DNA of 63,992 nt, filler included, from Reticulomyxa filosa (Eukaryota; Protista; Foraminifera): the NCBI GenBank assembly GCA_000512085.1. It is 24 parts of 24 records of this genome, joined end to end, with 100 filler letters (N's around TTAATTAATTAA, not from the genome) between each part and the next. Parts side by side here need not be neighbours in the genome. Positions count along the whole stretch, not along the records: positions 49,945 to 55,377 come from ASPP01004306.1; positions 55,478 to 57,470 come from ASPP01050754.1; positions 57,571 to 59,249 come from ASPP01002808.1; positions 59,350 to 60,643 come from ASPP01027889.1; positions 60,744 to 61,743 come from ASPP01038321.1; positions 61,844 to 62,868 come from ASPP01036679.1; positions 62,969 to 63,992 come from ASPP01047101.1; 17 more parts are not named here. One strand, written 5' to 3'. A program made the position numbers and the translations under genes. Position 1 is the stretch's first letter. Each line of letters opens with the position of its first letter. Of this stretch, positions 51,361-63,265 are shown in pieces. A model generated the notes under the pieces. That model saw only the letters and a list, made by a program, of their open reading frames with translations. It had not been told where the DNA came from and made no database searches.

Positions 51361-51735
51361 TTATCGTCTTCCTCCATCTTCATTCAATCGTTTTGTTTGT
51401 TTTCCGTCATTTTTGTGCAGATTTTTTCTGTCCTCTTGGGTCAAATGAACCTCTCCTTTTTCCACAATGATACGGATGGCATTCTTTTTGTTTTCGTCAC
51501 CCAAAACGCTTGACCACAACGTCTTGCTTGCTACCTCGCCTTTGTTTGCATCGCTGTAAATTTCTTCTCTTGCAACAATTTCAGACAAATCCCATTCTTT
51601 CTCTCCTTTTTGAAATGCAAGCGCCGCGTGTGGGTTGACCAAAATTTCCAGTCTTTGTTTTTGCTTGTTTTGAAAACGGCAGACTCGGACTTCAGAATTT
51701 GTGTCTACTCCACTTTTGGTACTTGCTTGGGCCAT
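51361..51735 (-). CDS. Stand-alone SBDS/Sdo1 N-terminal (FYSH) domain protein, 124 aa
   Basis: VCRFQNKQKQRLEILVNP...WDLSEIV...EIYSDANKGEVAS...VLG...IRIIVEKGEVHLTQEDRK aligns with the SBDS N-domain; the stop follows shortly after. Confidence 0.8.
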   Translation of the reverse strand: MAQASTKSGVDTNSEVRVCRFQNKQKQRLEILVNPHAALAFQKGEKEWDLSEIVAREEIYSDANKGEVASKTLWSSVLGDENKKNAIRIIVEKGEVHLTQEDRKNLHKNDGKQTKRLNEDGGRR

Positions 51736-53925
51736 TGCTTTTATTAAGTTTTCGAAATATGGCAAAGTGAGAAAAGGTGACAAAAAGTTCTTATGCTCTT
51801 AGACCCTATCCCAAACACGGGGACTGGTGCTCATGCATTAATATCACAATTTCTTCAACAATAAAGATAATTTTGATTTAGTAATTATCATAATTTTTTG
51901 TTTGATTTTTCTAGTTTTTTAGACAGTTGCAAGATGTTACTTTGCAAACGTTGTCTTTTCAATAATATCGCATTACTTTTTAGTTATTCCGAGTGATTGT
52001 ACCGAATGTTGTATTTTTGTTCTGAATTATTGTGATATCTCCCAAGGCCCTGCACTTCACTCTGACACAAACACAATTTCAAAGTAAAAAAGTACGCGAC
52101 AAAAAATTCAACATAACAACCAATTATAATTGAAAGACTCTTTCATTGTTCACAAAAAAATTTATTATAATGATATGAGTAAACGCAGAATTTTAAAAAG
52201 CTTTAATGATAATGGCTTGCTTTTGTATTTTTTAAACACTAGAAAATTTCAAACACCAAAAACATAATCTTGAAACAAAAAAAAGTGATTGCCTCTCGTA
52301 ATCTTTTAGATTGATTGATCAAATAAAGATGAAACTTGAATTACTCCAACAAATTTTTATTACTTACATAGTATCTCATAGATTTCGTGACAAATATATT
52401 CAATATTACCAATCACACGCGATAGTCCACTTTGCCTCTTGTCAATATGTGACATGTCGCGATTTAACACTCTATTATTTATATGGTTTATGCATTCTCT
52501 GTTTTGATCGATGGCAAATCAAAACACTTTTGCGACTATTTCTCAAATGGACAAAACTTCACCTACATTGCTGTTCTAATTGTTGTCCAACTCATCGATA
52601 GGTTAATAATCTGTAGCTTGGAATCTTTTTTCTTTTAAAATGAACAAATATTTAAATTGGTCTCTGGCAACAATTCATTTTTTTGGTCCGAATGGTATTG
52701 AAACTTTCTTTGAAAAACATAAAGGGATTATTATTTCAAACATTACATAACCTGCACACATATACAAACATGCAAACGCAAGAGAGGTAACAAAGACCAT
52801 AAACTGAGAAATAAAGATAGGATCAACAGTAGATTTAAGCTTTGTTTTACCTTTAGCAGCAATTGAAGTCTGCTCGGTGATATCCGTTGGAAACATTTAC
52901 TAATTATCATTTTTCTTTCTATTCATTTAGAAAATGGTATCTAAATTTGTTTTTCAACTTTAAGTTGTTAAAGAAAATGCATCAGTTTGTAGATGGATTG
53001 AATAGTGAAAAAAAAGAAGTCTTATATCTTTTAATAAATAATCTTTTTTTAGCTTTGAACAACTAATTAAATAAATAGATGGCATGATTAGTGTTACATA
53101 TCGTACTTAATAATGCTAATTACGATATTAATTGCACTACAATTATAAATTTGTTAAATTAATTATTCACATTTTTGTAGTTCTGAGATAATCCATTTTT
53201 TTGTTTCGAGCAATTTTTTGCTCTCCAGAATAACAGTAGTCATTTAAACCTTGCAAAACGATTTTCTCACGAGATGTTTCTGTTTCTTGAGATTAGTTTA
53301 TCTGGAATATCCTTGACAATCATATTACTTCAACTCTACAAAATCATTTTAATTGATACTTCAGCGACAATGATAAGTCTTTGCCATTGCTTAGATATAT
53401 TGTTTTGTGAATCTTGGTTTTATCCAATTACAGTTTGTTTATTATAATTTGTCAATAAACAGTTCTTTGGCTTTGAATAATTTCATATATTCTTTAAACA
53501 TTCTTCAATTTCATTTTAGTAATACGACAAGAGACTTTCAGCTTGAACGTGATTCCCCTTTTTATTTCAAGTTCAGTGTCAACAACTACAACAGCCTTGA
53601 AGGAAAAAAGAGAAAATAATGGAAAATACAAAAATGGAAGAGAAAAATGTTGAGATTTTGGAAACTCAACACTTTGGTAACTAAAAAAAAAAACAGACAC
53701 AGACAAAAAAAAAAAATATAGTCTTAACATCAAAGACATAATTGTTACACAAACAATTACTTTTGTTTAAACTAAATGTTTTTGGTGTTCACACATAACT
53801 ATTTTTGTTTTTCTTTATCAGGTGATAAAAAAATATTGCGTCAATTTTGCGACTCACTATGTGTTTTTAAATAACAATGTACATCTATGACAAAAAACAC
53901 ACGTATACCTAACTACAATGAATAG

Positions 53926-54740
53926 ACGATAGTGGTGTCAAAAGGAAACCGCAGAAAAGGAGCCTTCGCAGTATGCAAGGCTCATTGAGGCCAAAGAAAA
54001 AAGGCTTAAAGAAGCCATCAGCAAAGATAGTATCGACGAAGCCAAAGAAACGATCAACAACGAAACCAAAGAAAAAAGGATCAGCGAAGCCATTGCTGAA
54101 GAAAGGCTCAACGGAGCCACCAAAAAAACGACGCAGAGTATGTGCTTTTTTAAAAATATCTTGGTATTATCTGGAAAATTGACAAATGAGTTAACAAAAC
54201 GAAATATGTGCAGGTAAATCCAAAGGTCGTGTCGAGTGGCAATAAACAAGAACAACAAGAGCCACAACAGCAACCGCAGCCCTCCCAAAAGCCACAGCAC
54301 GTTCAACAGCCATCCGAGCAAGCACAGCAACAACGACGGAAGCCAACAAAAAGAACCATTCGCAATGTCAACGACGACGACATTACGCAAGAGAAAGTGA
54401 AGGCACCAAAACGAGCACGAGTTACTTTTTTAAAAAAAAAAATTTGTGTTTCTTGTGAATCGCATGGACTTAGCCATTCCAATCATGCAAATCCACAAAA
54501 AGCGAAATTGAATTGTTTGGAGCGCATGAAGATATTGAATGTCAAATCATTCACTGAACACCAAAGAAGTGGTGGCGATGACAAACAATTCATTCGCTAT
54601 CTAATATCATCCAATATTGGAGAAGTTGTTTGAGGCTTTGATCCCAGTTCAATTATTATGGGTCAATCTCGTTACTGATAGATTACCTGCCACGACTTAT
54701 GGACAGCGAATGTTAGCTCTCTCATTTTAAAAAGCGCGAG
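53926..54740 (+). pseudogene. Multi-exon hypothetical (Lys/Glu- and Gln/Pro-rich), probably decayed
   Basis: Exon-like blocks with GTATGT/CAG splice sites; the later part contains stops. Confidence 0.35.
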
Positions 54741-55809
54741 TCAGTGCAAAAGATATTGTTGATGTTGTTACTCAATCGCGAGTCGTTGAAACACTCAACA
54801 ACAAAATTCGTCGCAAACAAAAGTGGAAAGAGTTTTTACGTGCCTCTGAGACTTGTCTTTGTTTTTTGTTGTTATTGGTTGGTCAAGGATGTTTTTTATT
54901 TAATGGTTTGTTCATTTTTAATATGCTCTGAAACGTGCTTGCTAACAGAACTCCTCTCTATCTATTATTTATTTAACATTTAAAACTCAAAACAAAATAT
55001 ACTAAAAAAACTAAGAACAACATTTTGCTGGATTTGATTTTCGAAATATATTATGTTATAAAAAAAAAGAGAGTGTTTCCAACGACATACCATGAATAAT
55101 AATAATATTAATTTTTTTTCCAACATTTGCATAAAAATAAGTGTTTATTTATTTTTTGCCAATCAGTACCAAATGAATACCTACCAAACTCAAAATATGG
55201 ACGATCAAGCCCAGACCCAGAGAAGCCCCCCCACCATATGTCCTCTTAAACCAAATATTGTAAGAAAAAATAAACGTTGTTACTAACAAAAAAGGCGTGT
55301 TTGCACTGTTTGGCATGACTTCAACTTCGACACAAAAAAAAGAATGTAAAGAAGAAAAGGTTGTGACGAAGATACTANNNNNNNNNNNNNNNNNNNNNNN
55401 NNNNNNNNNNNNNNNNNNNNNTTAATTAATTAANNNNNNNNNNNNNNNNNNNNNNNNNNNNNNNNNNNNNNNNNNNNGATGGGAAAAGAAAATGAATGGA
55501 AAAAGGGGGGAAATTAATGTTGGAAAAGGGGGGGGGTGGGAAAGTTTTTTTTGCAAAAAGAAGAAAAATTAAGGAAAAAATGAAATATTGAAAATGAAAA
55601 AAAAATGTTGAAAAAGTTAAAAAAAAAAGATGACAACGAAAAAAAAGGAAAAAATTAAAAATTAAAAAAAAGACAATGCGAAAAGATTAAAAAAAAAAGA
55701 TGACAATGAGAAAAAAAAGGAAAAAATTAAAAATTAAAAAAAAAGAATGCGAAAAGATTAAAAAGTATAAAAGAAAAAAGGAAAAAAAAATGAAGAAAAT
55801 TTAAAAAAA

Positions 55810-57470
55810 AACATGGAACAATCGAGGAGCTTAGACTGGTCGCTCCTATCAACTGATCGTGTACGTGCGCGTTTTCGCACTTTGAATTTTAAGTTGTTGT
55901 TGTACCAGTAGGATGAAGATCGAGAGACATTGAGCATTGGTGAATATGAGTTGTGCAAAACTTGAGTCAAGAAACTGGCAAGAAAGAAGAAAAAAGACTA
56001 AGATGATGACGATAAATAGTATTTCGATGTCATCGCGTTGGAAATGTTTTTTAAAAAACAAATCGTTAGGCTAGCTGAGTTTGGTTATGGAATTGCAATT
56101 TATTCTGGAAACTCGCGGACGTGGACTTAACGTATCGCAAACAAATGAAAAATACTGTACAAGTGCGGTAATGTCTAGCAATAGCGACTCAAATGTTTGA
56201 AAATAACTTGTTGCATCAACATAGGCGCACAAGTATCTGTCAGAACAATCATGGCGCGGCAAATCACTAGAAAGGCGTCAAAATTCGATCATCGTCATCA
56301 ACAATCTGGACCTTAGATCGTCCAATTACGAAAGCAAGCCCATCAAGGAAAAAAAGAAGACTATAATATCGCGCAAAGTGAAGGCGATATTGAGATTATG
56401 GTGCAGCGAGGGCAGCAACTGAACTGACAAAGAAGTGGAAGGCGAGGAAAAAGAGCATGGAAGTTGTCACTATGGCAATCGAGCAAACGATTCATGGGAA
56501 AATAGTTCCATGTGAAGGTGGCCCAATTCGGCGGAGGAGTTGCATGAAACTCGTGTCAAGACGTCAGAAAGAAAAAAGAGGGAGATGAGAAGAAGGATGA
56601 AGACAATAAAAAAAATTTCAAGTCCATATCGCGTTTAATTAGTTTTAAAAAAAAAAAACAAGTCGACCAGCTTTGTTGAGTTTGGATATGTCATTGTTTT
56701 TTTATCCCCGGAAACGCGCAAAGTCGCCACTCGTTGGCGTCGACTAACCTCCAATATCGCGCACAAATGGAAAATTTTAAACTAGTGCGGCAAGTTCAAG
56801 CAGCGGCAGCCCGAAGCATTGGAAAGAATGTTTGCCATCAACACATGTGTACAAAGGTCTCTGCGGATAATTATTGGCGCGGCATAGCACCAAAGATGGC
56901 GTCGAAATGCAATTTATCGGCGCCAACGAACAAGAGACGATCGTTATGAAAATTGCACTAATTTTGTGAATGCAGATACTGAGCACTCGTGCCAAAACTG
57001 GACGTGTGCGTGCGCACATGCGCAACTTGGATTTTAAATTGTGCATATATTGATGTGAGAAATTTTGAGCTCGCGAAACATTGGGCATGTTTGTTGGTGA
57101 AGAAAGTGATAGAGCTGGTTGCATCTTCCGACTCCATCGCCGCAAGAGTGGCGTGCCTTGTATTTGTCGAGCAAGAACCTATTACCTTTGCCGAGCTGCC
57201 TTCGGAAACTACTGACGACGTGTTGAATAGCAGTCAAGAAAGCAAGGAAACGAATATGACTAATAGTGGGAAATAGAATATGCAAATGTTCAAGTCTATT
57301 CGGTCGGGCCAAAGTATGTTCCTCATCACAACGGCGACGAGAGCAGATGAACTTACAGTTGGAAAATATCGCGATATGTAGTTGTAACAGTTGGCAAGAT
57401 TCTCTCAGGTCAATCGCAGACAATATCTCGACCTTGGTGCCGCCAAATATGAAAGCAAGTTCGCCAAGAA
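55810..57470 (+). repeat. Decayed family B copies (~56060-56330 and ~56660-57100) after an A-rich tract
   Basis: TAG|GCTAGCTGAGTTTGGTTATGGAAT and TTGCCATCAAC...TCTGCGGAT match the minus strand of 33107-35440 (TAG|GCTTTGCTGCGTTTGATTATGGAAT; TTGCCATCAACGT...TCTGCGGGT). Confidence 0.65.
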
Positions 57471-57570
57471 NNNNNNNNNNNNNNNNNNNNNNNNNNNNNN
57501 NNNNNNNNNNNNNNTTAATTAATTAANNNNNNNNNNNNNNNNNNNNNNNNNNNNNNNNNNNNNNNNNNNN

Positions 57571-57705
57571 TATCGGTATGTTAAAGCGTTTTAAGATTAT
57601 TGCTGATCGGTATCGCAATAGAAGAAAGAGGTTTGGCCTACGTTTTAATCTTATTACTGCTTTTTATAATTGGGAGCTGAAGTTATGAGTTTCGAAAGAA
57701 GTCTA
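57571..57705 (+). mobile_element. IS5-family (ISL2-group) insertion sequence, right end: transposase C-terminus (57572-57688) and terminal inverted repeat (57687-57705)
   Basis: IGMLKRFKIIADRYRNRRKRFGLRFNLITAFYNWEL is the typical ISL2/DDE_Tnp_4 C-terminus of endosymbionts. The end GAGTTTCGAAAGAAGTCTA resembles Rickettsia IS/RPE termini. Confidence 0.9.
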
Positions 57706-58224
57706 ATGTTTCGGGACACCAGGAGCCTTAGCAATCAATTTTCTTCCCATAGCTGTTTTTCCCAGTGGATTCATAAACGCAATAGCTTCCCTACCTACTT
57801 TTTGCTTATCAGTCAATGGGAGGTATTTATCTAATACCTCCTCTTTTAATACATCAGATGCGTAAGGTAATGAACCAACGTCAATGTGACTTTCTGGCTT
57901 TTTATACCGATTCAGCATTCTTTCTCCTTTCCAAAGAGCAAAATTTCCTACCAATGATGCCAGATCCGCCACATAGGCAGGAGCTAAAGCCACTCCGTGA
58001 GCCAAAACTTTTGTAGGAGTAGGTACGTTACTCAGCTTGTCCCATACCGGGGTTTCTAACTCTGCCATTGTTGGCTTTGTTTCTACTGTTTCTACTGGCA
58101 CATCATTATTAGCCGCTTCAAGCTCGTCTAAACGTGTAAGCATAGCCTGCGACTCCCGTGGTGAAAGCTTGTCTATATCTACTGCCCTTAATTGGTCAGG
58201 TGTTAGCTTACTAAAATCTATCAT
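57703..58224 (-). CDS. Bacterial hypothetical protein, phage ejection-protein-like N-terminus, truncated by the IS
   Basis: Starts MIDFSKLTPDQL; ATGA overlap with the upstream ORF; the TAG stop lies at the IS terminus. Confidence 0.7.
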   Translation of the reverse strand: MIDFSKLTPDQLRAVDIDKLSPRESQAMLTRLDELEAANNDVPVETVETKPTMAELETPVWDKLSNVPTPTKVLAHGVALAPAYVADLASLVGNFALWKGERMLNRYKKPESHIDVGSLPYASDVLKEEVLDKYLPLTDKQKVGREAIAFMNPLGKTAMGRKLIAKAPGVPKH

Positions 58225-59189
58225 CTATTTTGTATCTGCTCTTTTAATTTCGCTCTCATTGCATTTATTTCATTTATACCTAGATTATTAGCACCTGGCT
58301 GGTTTTCTGCACGCTTCTTTGAAAAAGTAGGATTAAATATATCAGACCATGTGTTTAAACTATTCTCATTAAACTTCCTTCTAATTATCTTACCTTCTTT
58401 ATCCCTTATATCACTAAATACTTTTTGATTTTTAAGCCATAAATTGAATTTGTTCTCAAACCCTCTAAGCTTGCCGTTTTTAGATAGCCAGGCTTCTTTT
58501 GCCTCTGCTTTAGTTTGTTTAATTTTTGCATTAGCAAGCATTGCATCTAGTCTTTCTTTTATAGAATTAAAAGTATCGCCAGGATTAGTGCTCATTTCTA
58601 ATATCATTTTAGCATCTGCATCACTCATTTGTGGCATCTCACTAATTTTTCCTAATTCCATTTGAAGCTCTTGAAATGCAGCATGTGCCTGCGATGCTTC
58701 TCCTTTTCCTAGTCCTAAAGCATAAACTACTTCATCAATAGTATTAAAAATAGGTGTTGTAATCCCAGTATTTAAATTTGGTAATTTAGATTTTAAAATT
58801 GTTATTTTCCATATTATGTCTTCCGCCCTTTCTGCTTCTTTTTCCTCTTCCTCTATCCTCTTTAGATCCTGCTTATACTCTTCTAGTTCAGCAGCATTAG
58901 TAGGTAACCTAGGATTCAAAACAATATTTTCTAACTCCTCTCTTGTGGGCGTTAGAGAAGGATCAAATTCGTCTGCTGAATATATGTTATGTGGAACTGG
59001 GTATGTAAGATTTTTAGGATCAAGCTCTATTGCTTTTGTGAATTCTGCTTCCGCCAATGCTGGGTTCCCTTGTTTGTAATATTGCGTAGCGATTTTTAAG
59101 TGCTCTTCCAATCTATTTGTGCTCGGCAATGCCAAAGACACAAAAGGGAAAAAGACTACTAATATAGCCAATATTCCGATTTTATTCAT
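58221..59189 (-). CDS. Bacterial exported protein: Sec signal peptide, one TPR, helical domain (phage DNA-transfer-protein-like)
   Basis: MNKIGILAILVVFFPFVSLA signal; HLKIATQYYKQGNPALAEAEFTKAIELDPKN TPR; QMSDADAKMIL...NPGDT motif; intronless and operonic. Confidence 0.75.
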   Translation of the reverse strand: MNKIGILAILVVFFPFVSLALPSTNRLEEHLKIATQYYKQGNPALAEAEFTKAIELDPKNLTYPVPHNIYSADEFDPSLTPTREELENIVLNPRLPTNAAELEEYKQDLKRIEEEEKEAERAEDIIWKITILKSKLPNLNTGITTPIFNTIDEVVYALGLGKGEASQAHAAFQELQMELGKISEMPQMSDADAKMILEMSTNPGDTFNSIKERLDAMLANAKIKQTKAEAKEAWLSKNGKLRGFENKFNLWLKNQKVFSDIRDKEGKIIRRKFNENSLNTWSDIFNPTFSKKRAENQPGANNLGINEINAMRAKLKEQIQNR

Positions 59190-59198
59190 ATCACTTCT

Positions 59199-59249
59199 CT
59201 ATACTTTTAATTTATTGAGTTCTTCTATAGATAGTCCAGTTATTTTAGA
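59199..59249 (-). CDS. C-terminus of Rpn/PD-(D/E)XK putative transposase-family protein
   Basis: SKITGLSIEELNKLKV* matches the characteristic C-terminal motif of Rpn proteins in Rickettsiales/Wolbachia; only 16 codons are visible. Confidence 0.6.
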   Translation of the reverse strand, partial: SKITGLSIEELNKLKV

Positions 59250-59349
59250 NNNNNNNNNNNNNNNNNNNNNNNNNNNNNNNNNNNNNNNNNNNNTTAATTA
59301 ATTAANNNNNNNNNNNNNNNNNNNNNNNNNNNNNNNNNNNNNNNNNNNN

Positions 59350-59385
<36 letters not shown>

Positions 59386-60643
59386 CGATCATATGCATCA
59401 AGCCGATCATTAGTATCGAAGCAAAACCATTGCAATCGACAAACGAAACAAAAATCAATGAAGGCAAAGAAAGATAAAGACGATGGCAACGCGAAGCGAG
59501 TTCGCAACAGCAGCGTCAGCGGTAGTGCGAGTACTAGTGCGACTCTTATCTTTGATACAAGTGAAAGTGAAAGTGAAAATAAAAATAAAAATAAAAATGA
59601 AAATGCAAGTGAAAGTGATATTGATACTGCAAATGACAATGACAATGACAATGATAATGATAATGACAATAGCAATGAAACTGAGAGTGAAAGTAAAAGT
59701 GGGATGGCAGCGAAAGTGGGAATGATTATGATAGCAACAGCAGCAGTGACAATGGAAATGGAAGTAACAGTAATGAGGACAACAAATTCAATAACACAAA
59801 GAAATTAACACAAATGCAAGGACAGAGGCAAAAGCAAAAGGAAAAGCAAAAGCAAAAGCAAGGCCAAGGACGAAATGCAAATCAAAGACAACAATCGAAA
59901 TCGAAACCTGCAAATAGAAACCAAGTGACGAAAAAGTCACAACAACAAAAAAAAAAGGTGATTCACAGAAAGCAAAGTAGTGATCAAACGGTGGTAAGGA
60001 AGGTATCAAAAAACGAAGAAGGAATAAATGGATTGAGTCGAATTGAGTTGAAGATGCCCATGAAGGATGCACATGCGACACCTTCCACCACCAATATGCT
60101 CTTGTCTCTGTCGCTCGGCAACCACTCTGCAGTTCGTGTCCAAGACAAACAGAATTTGCAACTCCGCGATACCACGTTCTACGAGCAGCGCATACACATT
60201 GACAATGCCAATGACAATGCCAATGACGATAACAGTTTCAATAAAAGTTTAAAAAAGTTTCAACAACAGTGATCAACTACCATCACCACAATCACAAATA
60301 TAACAAAAAAAAAAAAAAAAAACGAAAAAGGTTTACGTTGTCGATCGGTGGCCGAGTATCCCATCACAAAAAAAAACCAAAATCCAGTATTGTGCTTGAG
60401 AATACGGTGACCTCACCAGCGGACGGAGGATTTTCCAATTGGCTCTCTGACGAAGACCTGACTAATCCCAAAGCACTACCATACCGAATCGCTTTCATCG
60501 ATATCAATTCAATGGCCATGCAAGATCAAACAAAGAATCCTCTCATTGTCCAACATGAACAAGCGAATGACTCCAACGGAGATGAAGAGAATAATAACAA
60601 TAATGACAATGATAATGATAATTCCAATAATAATAATAATAAT
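59350..60643 (+). CDS. Low-complexity (Asn/Asp/Ser/Gln/Lys-rich) hypothetical protein fragment with apparent frameshifts
   Basis: Consecutive ORFs with AAT/GAC/GAT microsatellite codons. Confidence 0.45.
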
Positions 60644-60759
60644 NNNNNNNNNNNNNNNNNNNNNNNNNNNNNNNNNNNNNNNNNNNNTTAATTAATTAAN
60701 NNNNNNNNNNNNNNNNNNNNNNNNNNNNNNNNNNNNNNNNNNNGCATTAATTGAGAAGA

Positions 60760-61743
60760 GGATCGACGCGGGATGATGAATCGCACTTATATGTACAATG
60801 ACAGGATTGTTCATGTATTTGGCAAAAAATGGAGTGATATGTATTATTACAAGGATGAGATATGGTAGGTATTGTGAGGTCCATGTCTCCTTGAAAAAGA
60901 TTCATCAATTTGTATTTGACTAAGTGGAGATGGTACTTCTGATATATTGTTTCTGGGTCCAATCTCTTTTGTATTGATAATATTCGCAATCGTTGGGGTT
61001 ATTTGTCATGGAAGAGTCACTATATTATTGCTTTCTGGATATTGTTTACACGTCAAATCTTTTTTTTAGTTTTTTAACATTCCCGTTCTTACTAAGACAG
61101 CAGTATTTGCTCCAACATTTTTGCACATACTCTTCTTCTTCTTCATTTGCGGGTTCCACCATATACACCGCCTGTGGACTAACGTATCCTTGTTGTTGTA
61201 AAAACAACAAACAAACAAACAATAAATTAGGTCAAGTTGTTTAGAAAGAAAGATAAAAATAATCCATGTTTTTTTTAACTTCAATCTTCTTTCAAATGCA
61301 TTCAATCATAGAAATAATCCAATTTAATCAAATCTTTTTTAACGACAATAGCAATAGTTCTTTCGCAATCAATTGCAAAATACAACAACTTTAATCTTTA
61401 GTGTATCGACATTGGATCCATAATAACATAATCGCAAGTGCATGTGAAAAGCAATTAATGATATTTGGACAAATTGTGCATATTGATGGCTTGAGTGAAA
61501 GTAGTGTGTTAATTTGAATGTTGCTATGGACTGTTACTTATGTTTCGTTTCAATAAATATCATCCATAACAACTTATAGCTTGGTGACACGTGTCAGCGC
61601 CTTTTATGGATTGCTTGTGTGATCCTTTTCATTTACACTATCTATTTGATTCACTTGATAAATTTCATTGCCACTTTCATTATTTCTTAAATAACCCATA
61701 TATTTCTAATGTCATTGATTCATTTTGCTTTTTTTCTTTTCTT
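60760..61743 (-). repeat. Decayed repeat/pseudogene family A, copy 3
   Basis: AGACAGCAGTATTTGCT, TTTGCGGGTTCCACC and AACTTCAATCTTCTTTCAAATGCATTC are shared with 26900-29868. Confidence 0.8.
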
Positions 61744-61843
61744 NNNNNNNNNNNNNNNNNNNNNNNNNNNNNNNNNNNNNNNNNNNNTTAATTAATTAAN
61801 NNNNNNNNNNNNNNNNNNNNNNNNNNNNNNNNNNNNNNNNNNN

Positions 61844-62313
61844 AGCATCATTAAATCTATTTTCACTCCAGGTAAATAATCCAAAGTTTTATATTTCGCA
61901 GCTCCTGTTAATAATACCAATGGATTCACAATTTTGTGACATTCATCATCACTACTATTATTATATTCTTTTTTTTTATCTTCTGTATGTTTCTTTTCAT
62001 CCTCATTACCTATTTTATTAAAAATCAATTATTTCATTTTAAAAAATATATAAATAAATAATTAAACAAAACTTTGAAAGATATGGATATAAAAGAAAAC
62101 AGGTTGGATTTCAAATGCGGTTTTTAATTGTTGATCATTGTTGATGTCCTGACCACTGTTGTCAGTAATCTTAAAATGATGAATAGAATTACCATTACTT
62201 GTCGTGTTGAGTAACTCATTAACTTTTTCTTGCAAACATTTTAAGTTCAAAGAAGTAAGTGTTACTTCATGCAACTTTTTTTCAAGACAAATAGAAGCTT
62301 TCAAAGACATCAT
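61844..62313 (-). CDS. PB1/ubiquitin-like N-domain followed by start of caspase-like (peptidase C14) domain, 5' part
   Basis: Exon 1 ...FKITDNSGQDINNDQQLKTAF (PB1-like); exon 2 IVNPLVLLTGAAKYKTLDYLPGVKIDL is typical of the caspase/metacaspase first strand and helix. The catalytic dyad lies outside the contig. Confidence 0.65.
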
Positions 62314-62983
62314 TGTTTCAAGTAAGTAGTTAGTATGAGGGGGGGGAGGAAAAAACTTTTTTGTCCTACTCCGGTTTTTTTTTAAACCCCTTTTTCATTC
62401 CAATTTATCGTTTTTATTTTTTTTTTAAGGAAAACAACTATTTGATTGGGCAGTTTCAAAATTTCTTTTTACACACAAATCCATTTGTATTTGTAATTTT
62501 TTATTTATTTTATAACAAATCAAAATTCTACACCAATTTTATACTAAGTTTTTTTAAGAAAAGAACTATGAAGTAAAGAACTTTACTTATCTTCGCTTAC
62601 CACATACAACAACGCATCTCATCATGTTTCTCAAAGGCATAAAAAACCTAAAGAGAATTCTTTATCTTCAGACAATTAGTTAATACGCTGGTAATAATGT
62701 AAACATTGTTTTCATGTTATTATTCAAGTGTATTTGTGTCTTCATTATAAGTGCTTGACATCTTTATTTGTAAGACCTATGGATCTTATGAGAAGGATGC
62801 AAAATCGTTTGGTTGAACCATGTCCTTTTTTATTTCTACCACAACTTTATTTTGTAATTATATTCCTTNNNNNNNNNNNNNNNNNNNNNNNNNNNNNNNN
62901 NNNNNNNNNNNNTTAATTAATTAANNNNNNNNNNNNNNNNNNNNNNNNNNNNNNNNNNNNNNNNNNNNACACACACACACATA

Positions 62984-63215
62984 CCTGATAATACATAGTA
63001 GTCTCCATAGACAACTCACAAAACATCCATATTGATTCAAAATATCGATCCATTGTTGTTTGATTTTAGCGTTTTGAGCTTGCGACAGTAGCTGTTCAAA
63101 AAACTTGAGCAATCCATTGTTTATGTCCAGTGTACTCAGTTGCAGTGGAAAGCTCAGACGAGGGGAAATATCTTTGATTTGTTGATACAATTGTTCACCT
63201 TCTTTTTCGTCATTG

Positions 63216-63265
<50 letters not shown>

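Noticed and set aside
56734-56949. Family B as a non-LTR reverse transcriptase (EFGYG.., KLVRQVQAAAARSI)
   Set aside because: Superficial resemblance only; no YADD or other RT motifs, and the copies have spliceosomal introns.
6359-62968. Regularly recurring TTAATTAATTAA flanked by Ns as a biological repeat or CRISPR-like array
   Set aside because: It is an artificial six-frame-stop linker; ORFs ending in X...LIN and gene neighbourhoods across linkers are artefacts.
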